A stretch of DNA of 33,415 nt, taken from IMG/VR virus record IMGVR_UViG_3300030606_000260, positions 1-33,415 of that record. One strand, 5' to 3'. Source of the stretch: a virus (Duplodnaviria; Caudoviricetes). Position numbers and translations under genes: made by a program. A model generated the notes under the pieces. The model had not been told where the DNA came from. It saw only the letters and a program-made list of their open reading frames with translations, and searched no databases. Positions within the stretch are counted from its first letter, which is position 1. Each line of letters opens with the position of its first letter. Below, one piece after another: positions 16,193-23,786 of this stretch.

Positions 16193-18604
16193 ATGCTAGA
16201 TTTCACCGATGCAAATCCGCGTCTCACGCCATTTATGGCGAATGGTAGTGGCGGCTATTCTGCGCCGGCGCCGCAGCAGCGCAAGCTGTCTTTTGACGAA
16301 AAACTCAGGCTGATTGAAGGCCGCGAATTGCTTGTGCTTTCCGCCGTGGGTATCGTGCCGCCAAAGCGCCGTGATGAGAAAATGCGGTGTCCGTTCCCGG
16401 ATCATGAGGACAAGGATCCGTCGTGGCGCTGGGAAGAGCGGCAAAACCGATATTTCTGCTCATGCTATCCGACTAGCGGCGATGTCCTGGACATCATTCA
16501 GCGCATGGGATACGCCAGCAAGGCCAGTGAGGCACTGGACTGGGCTGTCAACTGGCTTGGCCTGCAAGAGCCGCTAAAGCTTAAGCCGCAGGTGTCCGCA
16601 CCGACTGCGGAGCCCGCGCCTGCCGTTTCAAAAACGCTTTCCATGGCTCAAAGGCGATGGAATGAAGCTGGGCCGATTGCAGGCACGCTTGCTGAGACAT
16701 ATCTACGGACCGGCCGCGGCCTGAATACGATTTCGCTCAGCTCAAACGATATGCGATTTCACCAAAGTCTTTTGTGCAAAGAGGTCGACAGCTCTTTGCC
16801 GGCACTCATCGTGCTGGTACGCAATTGCAAGCTTGAACCGATGGGTATCCAGCGAATCTGGATCGATCCAGAAACCGGCCGGCGCGCTGCCGTCAAAAAA
16901 AAAGGTGCAGGCATAATCACCGGCGGCGCATTTCACAATGCCGCACCGGCTGAGCACATGGGCATTGCTGAAGGACCGGAAACGGCAATGTCTGTGCAGC
17001 AAATTTTTGGCATTCCGTGCGCTGCTACGCTGTCGGCCGGGAACATGCAAAATTTCATTCCGCCTGAAGGCGTGCGCAAGATCACGATTTTTGCTGACGC
17101 CGATAAGCCGGATAAAAAGGCCGTTCCCAAGCTCATTCAGAAAGCAGTAAATGCACTGACGGAAAGCGGCTTGGAAATTTCAATCATGCATCCTCTGGTG
17201 AAAGAGGGTGATTTCAATGACGATCTACGAAACGGTGCGACGGCCAAGGATTATCAACTTGCTGAAACGCCGGCCGCCAAGAAACGTGAAAAAACCCGTT
17301 TTCCTCATTTAGCGACAGCCAGGCAAACCGTTGAACAGATTGGCGCTGAATCTGTGATTTGCACCGGCTCTGGAATTTGGACATGGAACAAGGGCGTATG
17401 GTTGCAAACGCCAGATAGGCGTATCAAGCAGGAAATCCATTTGGCCGCTACCGGCCGTGGTGCTGAGCCGATCGAGGATCTCAAAAAGGCTGACGTCGAT
17501 AGCGTTCTGGATCTGTTCAAGACCGAGACTTTCCGACCAGATCACGCCTTCAACTGCGCATCGTCCGATTTTGTCAATGTCGCCAATGGCGAGCTTTTTT
17601 TTGACGGGCAGGACTGGACGCTGAAGCCGCATTGCCGCGAGCATTACAGCACATCGCAAATCCCGATTACCTACGATCCGACGGCAAGGGCCGTCCGCTT
17701 CGAACGGTTCCTCGAAGAAGTCTTTGAAGGTGATTCGGACGCCGAAGCGAAGATACGTTGCACCGTCGCGATGATAGGCTACTGCCTTCTGACAACAACG
17801 CGATTTGAGCGCTTTTTCATCCTCATCGGGCGCGGCTCAAATGGCAAATCTGTCTTGCTCGCCGTCATCGAGGCGCTGCTCGGCCTGCGCAATGTCAGTG
17901 CAATCCAGCCGGACCAGTTCGGGAACAAGTTCCAGCGCGCGCATCTTCTCGGCAAGCTGGCGAACATCGTCACCGAGATCAAGCAGGGTGCCGTCATCGA
18001 TGACGCGGCGCTCAAGGCGATCGTGTCCGGCGAGCTCGCAACCGCCGAACAGAAATTTCGCGATCCATTCGACTTTCGGCCGCACGCGACATGCCTTTTC
18101 GGTACGAACCATATGCCAGCCACGCGCGATTTCAGTGACGCGGTTTTTCGTCGCGCCGTCATCCTTAAGTTCAATCGCCAGTTCACCGGCGCTCTCAAGG
18201 ATACGAAGTTGAAGGACAAGCTCATGACCGAGCTCCCCGGCATCCTCAATCTTGCACTTCATGGTATCGCGGAAGCCATCAGCGACGGCGACTTTGCCGA
18301 GCCACCGAGCAGTGAAACGGCCAAGGCCGAATGGCGGAAAGAAAATGATCAGGTTCAGGTTTTTGTCGAAGATCTTTGCACAGAAGCGCCTGGCGCCTGG
18401 ATAGGTTCGACCGTTCTATACGAGCGGTATCGAAAATGGGCTGACAGCGCTGGCGTTGAAAGGAAGCTATCGCAGAAAGGATTCACCCAGCGGTTGTGCT
18501 ATCGCGGCATTGAAGCCAAACACGAGAGTAAGGGGAACATCCTTTACGGCATAAAGATCGATCAGATGAAAGACATGAGGGACGAGCCTGTGAAGGATGT
18601 GTGA
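16193..18604 (+). CDS. P4-family primase-helicase (Zn finger, Toprim, D5_N, SF3 helicase)
   Basis: CPFPDHEDKDPS...FCSC; AEGPETAMS..IFADAD..DFNDDL; VNVANG; GRGSNGKS; FGTNHMP..D.SDAVFRR. Confidence 0.92.
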   Translation: MLDFTDANPRLTPFMANGSGGYSAPAPQQRKLSFDEKLRLIEGRELLVLSAVGIVPPKRRDEKMRCPFPDHEDKDPSWRWEERQNRYFCSCYPTSGDVLDIIQRMGYASKASEALDWAVNWLGLQEPLKLKPQVSAPTAEPAPAVSKTLSMAQRRWNEAGPIAGTLAETYLRTGRGLNTISLSSNDMRFHQSLLCKEVDSSLPALIVLVRNCKLEPMGIQRIWIDPETGRRAAVKKKGAGIITGGAFHNAAPAEHMGIAEGPETAMSVQQIFGIPCAATLSAGNMQNFIPPEGVRKITIFADADKPDKKAVPKLIQKAVNALTESGLEISIMHPLVKEGDFNDDLRNGATAKDYQLAETPAAKKREKTRFPHLATARQTVEQIGAESVICTGSGIWTWNKGVWLQTPDRRIKQEIHLAATGRGAEPIEDLKKADVDSVLDLFKTETFRPDHAFNCASSDFVNVANGELFFDGQDWTLKPHCREHYSTSQIPITYDPTARAVRFERFLEEVFEGDSDAEAKIRCTVAMIGYCLLTTTRFERFFILIGRGSNGKSVLLAVIEALLGLRNVSAIQPDQFGNKFQRAHLLGKLANIVTEIKQGAVIDDAALKAIVSGELATAEQKFRDPFDFRPHATCLFGTNHMPATRDFSDAVFRRAVILKFNRQFTGALKDTKLKDKLMTELPGILNLALHGIAEAISDGDFAEPPSSETAKAEWRKENDQVQVFVEDLCTEAPGAWIGSTVLYERYRKWADSAGVERKLSQKGFTQRLCYRGIEAKHESKGNILYGIKIDQMKDMRDEPVKDV

Positions 18605-18800
18605 AGGATGTATCGACAAAACACGGCTAAAAAACCTAATGAAATCAATGTGTTTGAAGGGTATGAAGGATGTGAAGGATTTTTTAAAACACGCACATAC
18701 GCGTGAGTCTGAGATTTTTACCCTGTCGGAAAGGGTCTCTCATGCACGCGCGCGCACGCGATAAGTAAAAAAACCCTTCACATCCTTCACACCCTTCACA
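18590..18800. repeat. Iteron cluster, probable replication origin
   Basis: TGAAGG at 18591, 18602, 18655, 18664 and 18673; inverted CCTTCA at 18775, 18784 and 18793 (9-bp period); A/T tracts; directly after the primase. Confidence 0.72.
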
Positions 18801-18822
18801 AGCGGGCGAGGCGCTTCCACTC

Positions 18823-19434
18823 ATGAAAGACGACGAAATCCGCAGGCTGCATTCCAAGTCCTGGCGCGCCGATACCGTGAAAGAGCGTGTTCGCATTCGG
18901 AAGAGCGCACTTTGGCTGCAGGGACATCCGCTCAGCATTCGTGAGAGCCGTGCGAGCAAGCGCACCAGGGAACAGCAACAGCGCGCAACCCTTCGTCCGC
19001 GTCCGCTGCTCACGCCATTGCCGCAACGCCTGGCATTGATGAAAGCCGGTAAGCCTTATCTGACGACGCTCGACAGGATGCTCGATGATGACGAGGCGCG
19101 CGCTCTCGGAAAGTGGGCCGAATGCGAAGAGGTGCTGCAGGGTCGTGCGAAAGCGGCGTGCCTGGATGGCAAGGGTGGCGCAATGCGCATACGCAGTCCG
19201 ATTCCGGACGATTGGCTGATCATCATTCGCGAGCACATCACCATGCAGCGATATCTGCCTACCAGGTCACTGCGATTGCTCGCAGCGTTTACCGCGATTC
19301 AGAACGGCCTTGAAGGCGCGCTCACGCCAGCGCAATATGGCTTGCGATTCTATCCGCGTACTACGAACAAGCGGATGGCGTTTCTGGATGGGATTGCCGA
19401 GACGGCATGCGGGTTGACGGCTGAAGGGTATTAA
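18823..19434 (+). CDS. Hypothetical protein (position of a late transcription regulator)
   Basis: 203-aa ORF after the origin; function inferred from position only. Confidence 0.55.
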   Translation: MKDDEIRRLHSKSWRADTVKERVRIRKSALWLQGHPLSIRESRASKRTREQQQRATLRPRPLLTPLPQRLALMKAGKPYLTTLDRMLDDDEARALGKWAECEEVLQGRAKAACLDGKGGAMRIRSPIPDDWLIIIREHITMQRYLPTRSLRLLAAFTAIQNGLEGALTPAQYGLRFYPRTTNKRMAFLDGIAETACGLTAEGY

Positions 19435-19435
19435 G

Positions 19436-19693
19436 GTGAACGAAAAATCAGAAAGCCGGACTGGAACACTTCATGTCGGATTGCTGATATTCGCGATGTA
19501 CGCCTGCCTGGCTTGCGCTCATTTTCTAAATCCTGAAATGCCTGACTGGTTGTATAAACTGGAATTTGCAACTGGTTGCGTACTCATGGCTGGCACGGTT
19601 TTCTTGTTGAAGCGCGACATTGAGCGAATGGACGCTGAAATTGAAATCTTGAAAGCTGAAGAAGAACGGCTGCGCAGGCGGATTGACGGGTGA
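19436..19693 (+). CDS. Small membrane protein (two hydrophobic helices plus coiled coil)
   Basis: LHVGLLIFAMYACLACAHF; FATGCVLMAGTVFLL; DIERMDAEIEILKAEEERLRR. Confidence 0.6.
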   Translation: MNEKSESRTGTLHVGLLIFAMYACLACAHFLNPEMPDWLYKLEFATGCVLMAGTVFLLKRDIERMDAEIEILKAEEERLRRRIDG

Positions 19694-19757
19694 AGGGTAT
19701 TGAGAATGCTCATGATCATGTTCATGCGGGTAGCGCCCGCGTTTCAGGAGATGATCC

Positions 19758-19985
19758 ATGAGAGGACGTGCATATCGGCGTCGCAAGGCATTTACAAAAA
19801 TGATGCGCCGGCTGAAGGAAGACCGGAATGAGCATTACGACAATTTAAAATGCGCTTGCTGGCATGATCCGCGTGCAATAGCTCGCTTCAAAGAGCAGCC
19901 GCAGATCTGCAGTTGCCTGGGATGCGGCAATCAGCGAAAGCATTATGGACTGACGATTCAGGAGCGGCGCTGGGTTGACGGCTGA
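19758..19985 (+). CDS. Small basic Cys-rich phage protein
   Basis: CSCLGCGNQRKHYGLTIQERR; AGGAG RBS. Confidence 0.7.
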   Translation: MRGRAYRRRKAFTKMMRRLKEDRNEHYDNLKCACWHDPRAIARFKEQPQICSCLGCGNQRKHYGLTIQERRWVDG

Positions 19986-20007
19986 AGTGGTTTTAGGGAA
20001 CAGCAAT

Positions 20008-20394
20008 ATGGGACTTGATATTTCGCACGACGCATTCAGCGGTCCGTATTCGGCATTTAATCGATTTCGCCAAATCGTCGCAAAGGCTTCCGGTAGTTCG
20101 TTCCCACCGCATGAGGATCGAAGCCTTGACGAGGATCAATATTATCCGGGTGACGAAGTGCAGCCGGAAACACGTCCAGGTCTATGGGAATTTTTTAAGC
20201 ATTCCGATTGTGATGGTGAAATTTCGCCGGAGCTTTGCGGCAAGCTTGCCGATGAGATGGAACAGCTTTTGCCGGCCATTGATGCTTTGAGCGATAGCGG
20301 CGGACGGCAGGGCGGCTATGGAACCGTGGCAAGGCGATTTATCAAGGGCTGTCGCGAAGCGGCTGCAGCCAATGAGCCATTGGAGTTTTGCTGA
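20008..20394 (+). CDS. Conserved phage hypothetical protein
   Basis: MGLDISHDAFSGPYSAFNRFR...HSDCDGEISPELC..LADEME...GCREAAAANEPLEF. Confidence 0.7.
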   Translation: MGLDISHDAFSGPYSAFNRFRQIVAKASGSSFPPHEDRSLDEDQYYPGDEVQPETRPGLWEFFKHSDCDGEISPELCGKLADEMEQLLPAIDALSDSGGRQGGYGTVARRFIKGCREAAAANEPLEFC

Positions 20395-20417
20395 GATTTG
20401 AGATTATCAAATCCCTC

Positions 20418-20447
20418 TTGACAGCCAACGACCCAAAATATAACGAT
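20418..20447 (+). promoter_or_regulatory. Putative late promoter
   Basis: Perfect TTGACA at 20418-20423 followed by AT-rich ATATAACGAT; -10 spacing is imperfect. Confidence 0.45.
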
Positions 20448-20473
20448 ATTCCTATTCTGGAGAAAGTACACCC

Positions 20474-20507
20474 AACCCGCCGCACAACCGTGTCGAGCGG
20501 GTTTTTT
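20474..20507 (+). terminator. Intrinsic terminator
   Basis: AACCCGC...GCGGGTT stem followed by a T run. Confidence 0.7.
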
Positions 20508-20567
20508 CATGGGAATTTTCAACATGCAGAACGCAGGGTAAATCCACGCGCATTGCGCAAGGTTTGT

Positions 20568-20921
20568 ATGCCATCACCAAATGCAGCACATACAATGACG
20601 CCTGCTCAAGAAACTCGGTTAAATGCTGCGACGACATGGGTTCCATTGACGCTGGTGGCCAGCGTCGTGGCGGTCGTGGTGTGGGGCACATGGTCCCTAT
20701 CGAGTGAGCGGACGCAGATTTATGCGCGCATAGACCAAATCAGCAGTCAGGTGGAAAGCCTGACGACTACGGTAGGCCAGTTGGCGGACGTCATCGGCAA
20801 GCCGAATGCGGGTGCATACACGAAGCAGGATTTCATCCTGGATTGCCTGCGCTCGGAAATCGCCAATGCGAATTGGAAGTGCGTCTATAGCGGCGTGAGT
20901 GAGAGCGAAGCCAAACGATGA
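20568..20921 (+). CDS. Single-pass membrane protein with coiled coil
   Basis: WVPLTLVASVVAVVVWGTWSL followed by heptad-like RIDQISSQVESLTTTVGQL; start uncertain (20568 or 20595). Confidence 0.6.
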   Translation: MPSPNAAHTMTPAQETRLNAATTWVPLTLVASVVAVVVWGTWSLSSERTQIYARIDQISSQVESLTTTVGQLADVIGKPNAGAYTKQDFILDCLRSEIANANWKCVYSGVSESEAKR

Positions 20922-21211
20922 CGTGTACGCTTCCTGCAGAACGTGGATCGAAACCTATTCCCGCGACAACCCGCCGTGCAGTAAATCATCGCGCTCAAGG
21001 TTGCTGCGAAAACTGCGGCGCACGCACGACTCTGGCATTGCATCACCTGCACTATGACACCGTCGGCGAGGAAAGACCCGATGATCTTCGGGCGCTTTGT
21101 CGTGAATGTCATTTGGGTGAGCATATTGATATCAATGGTGTTTTCTGGGCTGATCCTGTCGAGCGGTATTACCATTGGGAAACCTATGATCGATTGGCGT
21201 TCAGCGGATAA
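20918..21211 (+). CDS. HNH endonuclease
   Basis: CCENCG...LHHLHYDTVGEE.PDDLRALCRECH. Confidence 0.8.
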   Translation: MTCTLPAERGSKPIPATTRRAVNHRAQGCCENCGARTTLALHHLHYDTVGEERPDDLRALCRECHLGEHIDINGVFWADPVERYYHWETYDRLAFSG

Positions 21212-21222
21212 GGGCAAGTAAA

Positions 21223-21420
21223 ATGGGCATCTTCAAATTCGCGTTGAACGATTTGGTTCGGATGAAGATGAGCGGCGAAAAAGGCCAGGTCCATGCGCGT
21301 GCCGAATATGTGGACGGCAGCGATAATCATTATCTCGTTCACTATGTGGCTGCAGACGGCTGTTATTGCGAACGCTGGTTGAGCGAGAGCGTGCTGGATA
21401 TCCAGCCACCTGCACCATAG
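21223..21420 (+). CDS. Small beta-rich (SH3/KOW-like) phage protein
   Basis: FKFALNDLVRMKMSGEKGQVHARAEY...YLVHYVAADG..ERWLSES. Confidence 0.65.
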   Translation: MGIFKFALNDLVRMKMSGEKGQVHARAEYVDGSDNHYLVHYVAADGCYCERWLSESVLDIQPPAP

Positions 21421-21506
21421 CAAACCGCATTTGCTTTTCACCGGTTTCCGTTGGCACACCATGAAAGGCAACACCGAAGTGCCAACACATTCGGAGCTAG
21501 AACCCG

Positions 21507-21650
21507 ATGGATAACGACATCGAAGCGAAAGTTAAGCATATGGTCGATAAGGCATCCAAGGCCGTAAAATCGGAGGATGCGTTGCGATTTTCGCAGGCTG
21601 CCTTAAATGCAGCAAATGCCATGTGCTCGCTTGGTAACGCGACTAAATAA
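21507..21650 (+). CDS. 47-aa helical microprotein (below the ORF-track cutoff)
   Basis: MDNDIEAKVKHMVDKASKAVKSEDALRFSQAALNAANAMCSLGNATK*; GGAG at 21493-21496. Confidence 0.6.
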   Translation: MDNDIEAKVKHMVDKASKAVKSEDALRFSQAALNAANAMCSLGNATK

Positions 21651-21766
21651 TTCCACAATTCCAGAAGGGAGCGCCGCGCGGAGTGGTCGTTGCGACCTTT
21701 GCCCTGCTCATGGTGACATATCCAGAGCGAAACAGCGGCAACTTATTTTAAATTTCAAGGAGCAGA

Positions 21767-22009
21767 TTGATGAGCGTGAATAGTTCCGACCGCGAATGGC
21801 TTGAGCAGTTTTTCAGTTTCGAACATCTGAAGCCGGAATTGAAGGACGTGAGCAGGCCGTTCTGTGCGACGGCTCAGTGGCTCATTCAGAATTTAGAGCG
21901 CAACCCGGAAAGAACGATAGCTCTGCGTAAGCTGCTGGAAGCCAAAGACGCCGCTGTCCGCTGCAAGGTGGCCAGCCTAGCCGATACAGCCGACGAACCT
22001 AAGGCATAG
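21767..22009 (+). CDS. Conserved small helical-hairpin phage protein, possibly Acb2/Tad1-like
   Basis: QFFSFEHLKPELKDVSRPF...RNPERTIALRKLLEAKDAAVR; AAGGAG RBS. The CDS is well supported; the family link is tentative. Confidence 0.65.
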   Translation: MMSVNSSDREWLEQFFSFEHLKPELKDVSRPFCATAQWLIQNLERNPERTIALRKLLEAKDAAVRCKVASLADTADEPKA

Positions 22010-22012
22010 TTT

Positions 22013-22336
22013 TTGTGTGCGCGTCCGGTCCAGTCTTTCCCGACTAAGAGCCAGCTCTATGGCCGGCAATGGCGCTATGCACGGGCGAATTATCTGGCGC
22101 GCAATCCCTACTGTGTCATGTGCCAGCGTGAGGGAAAGGTGGCTGCAGCCAAGCATGTCGACCACATCGAGAAGCACCACGGCAATCTGCAACTCTTCTG
22201 GGATGAGGATAATTGGCAGGGCCTATGCGAGCATCACCACAACAGCGTCAAGCAGGCTGAAGAGAAGTCCGGCAGGCTGATAGGCGTCGACAGGAATGGC
22301 AGGCCGACGCATCCCAATCATCCGTGGAATAAATAA
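22013..22336 (+). CDS. Terminase-associated HNH endonuclease (HK97 gp74-like)
   Basis: YGRQWRYARANYLARNPYCVMC...VDHIEKHHG..LFWDEDNWQGLCEHHHNSVKQ..E...GRPTHPNHPW. Confidence 0.88.
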   Translation: MCARPVQSFPTKSQLYGRQWRYARANYLARNPYCVMCQREGKVAAAKHVDHIEKHHGNLQLFWDEDNWQGLCEHHHNSVKQAEEKSGRLIGVDRNGRPTHPNHPWNK

Positions 22337-22352
22337 CTAGCGTTTCTACTGA

Positions 22353-23237
22353 GTGAATGCGTCGTCGATTGTTCAATGCGAATTGTCCGATCGACAGGAC
22401 AAGTGCGTTTATTGCGGTGCGTCGCCAGAAGGTCGGAAGCGAAAGTTTTGCAATTCTGAATGTCGAAAAGCTGCGTATTTACAAAACGATCGCGCTAAGG
22501 GCGTTCGGCCTCGCGCTGAACTGAATGCTGAAAGGGCGGCCGCATCCGTTATTAATCGTGATTATGTATGTTGTGGATGCACACAGACCTTTAGGCCGAA
22601 AAAGCACGGCTATACAAAGTACTGCTCGCGGCATTGTTTCTTTGCACAGAAAAAAGCGCGCGCTGAGGCTAATGCAAAACGTAAAAAAATAAAGCGTAAT
22701 CTGGAAGCTATACTCGCGCCCTTACGCGCAATTCGTGAGACTGCATACAAGGGGTGCAGCAAAAAGTTCGTGACGAATACGCGTCGCAAATACTGTTCAA
22801 GTTCATGTCGGCCGGTTCCGGCGTATAAGCTGAAGCGATTGAGCTTCAAGTGCGCTGAGTGCGGATCAACTAAGGCTCAAACCATTAGATGGATAAAGTT
22901 TTGCAGCAAGCGATGTGGAGATAGATATGGTCGCCGCGCTACGAAACAAAGGAAGCGTGCGCTTCTGGCAAGTGTCACGGTTGAAAATGTGGATCCATTT
23001 GCAGTGTTCCATCGTGATGGATGGAAATGTCAGATATGCCATAGGCGTACACCAAAGCGGTTGCGTGGAACAAGCCAGCCGAGAGCACCAGAGTTAGATC
23101 ACATCGTGCCGTTATCGAAGGGTGGGGATCATTCTTACTCGAACACGCAATGTGCTTGTCGTGAATGCAATGGCAAAAAGAATGCCAGCGTTTATGGTCA
23201 GCTCAACATGTTTCCAAAGGTTGTATACCCCGGGTGA
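22353..23237 (+). CDS. HNH (homing-type) endonuclease with repeated Cys-rich zinc modules
   Basis: Repeated CxxC...(F/Y)CSxxC; VFHRDGWKCQIC...ELDHIVPLSKGGDHSYSNTQCACRECNGKKNA; AT-rich. Confidence 0.85.
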   Translation: MNASSIVQCELSDRQDKCVYCGASPEGRKRKFCNSECRKAAYLQNDRAKGVRPRAELNAERAAASVINRDYVCCGCTQTFRPKKHGYTKYCSRHCFFAQKKARAEANAKRKKIKRNLEAILAPLRAIRETAYKGCSKKFVTNTRRKYCSSSCRPVPAYKLKRLSFKCAECGSTKAQTIRWIKFCSKRCGDRYGRRATKQRKRALLASVTVENVDPFAVFHRDGWKCQICHRRTPKRLRGTSQPRAPELDHIVPLSKGGDHSYSNTQCACRECNGKKNASVYGQLNMFPKVVYPG

Positions 23238-23342
23238 TGCAACTCTTTTGCGAAACTTTTCGGAAACCGGCGGGCAACCTGCAAAATCACTCACACGGAT
23301 TCCGGCAAGGGGAGATCGGCTTTTAAGCCGTAGGCTTAATCC

Positions 23343-23786
23343 GTGAGCGTTACATCCGTAATCATCGGCGGCGATGGCGAGCCGGAAGAACCGAGCTGGC
23401 ACCTCATTTATTCGAATGAGGATGATTTGGAAATTGCGCGCCAGCAATGGGGGCAAGTCATTCGCGAGATGCGGGAAGCGCAGATCCTGTCTGTTGCCAA
23501 TGGTCATGCGATCCGGCGTCTTGTCGATTTCCGCATTGCATACGAGCGCGCATCGCGGCACGTCGCCGAGCATGGGCCTATTTTCGCTCCGAAGCGCAAG
23601 ACATCGAAACAGGGTCAATGGAATCCGCAATGGGGCGTGATGCGGCATGCAGAGGAAGCGATCAGGCACCTTGAAACTGAGCTTGGCATCTCGCCGCTGA
23701 GGCGCAGCCGGGCCGGCAAGGTTCAAAAACGTGACAGGAAAACGCGGGCGTCAGACGCCTATCTCAAGAAATCAGTTCCCGGATGA
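23343..23786 (+). CDS. terS: Terminase small subunit (P27-like)
   Basis: ARQQWGQVIREM...WNPQWGVMRHAEEAIRHLETELGISPLRRSR; upstream of terL. Confidence 0.85.
   Translation: MSVTSVIIGGDGEPEEPSWHLIYSNEDDLEIARQQWGQVIREMREAQILSVANGHAIRRLVDFRIAYERASRHVAEHGPIFAPKRKTSKQGQWNPQWGVMRHAEEAIRHLETELGISPLRRSRAGKVQKRDRKTRASDAYLKKSVPG

Noticed and set aside
16895-16903. A9 run in the primase gene
   Set aside because: It is in frame (Lys codons) and the ORF is intact on both sides.
18590-19987. CRISPR array
   Set aside because: The repeats are too short, spacing is irregular, and there are no cas genes.
20568-20921. Holin or lysis cassette
   Set aside because: Only a single hydrophobic helix and no adjacent endolysin in the window.
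21673-21739. Hammerhead ribozyme call
   Set aside because: GAAA is present but the CUGAnGA core is absent; kept only as an unassigned structure.
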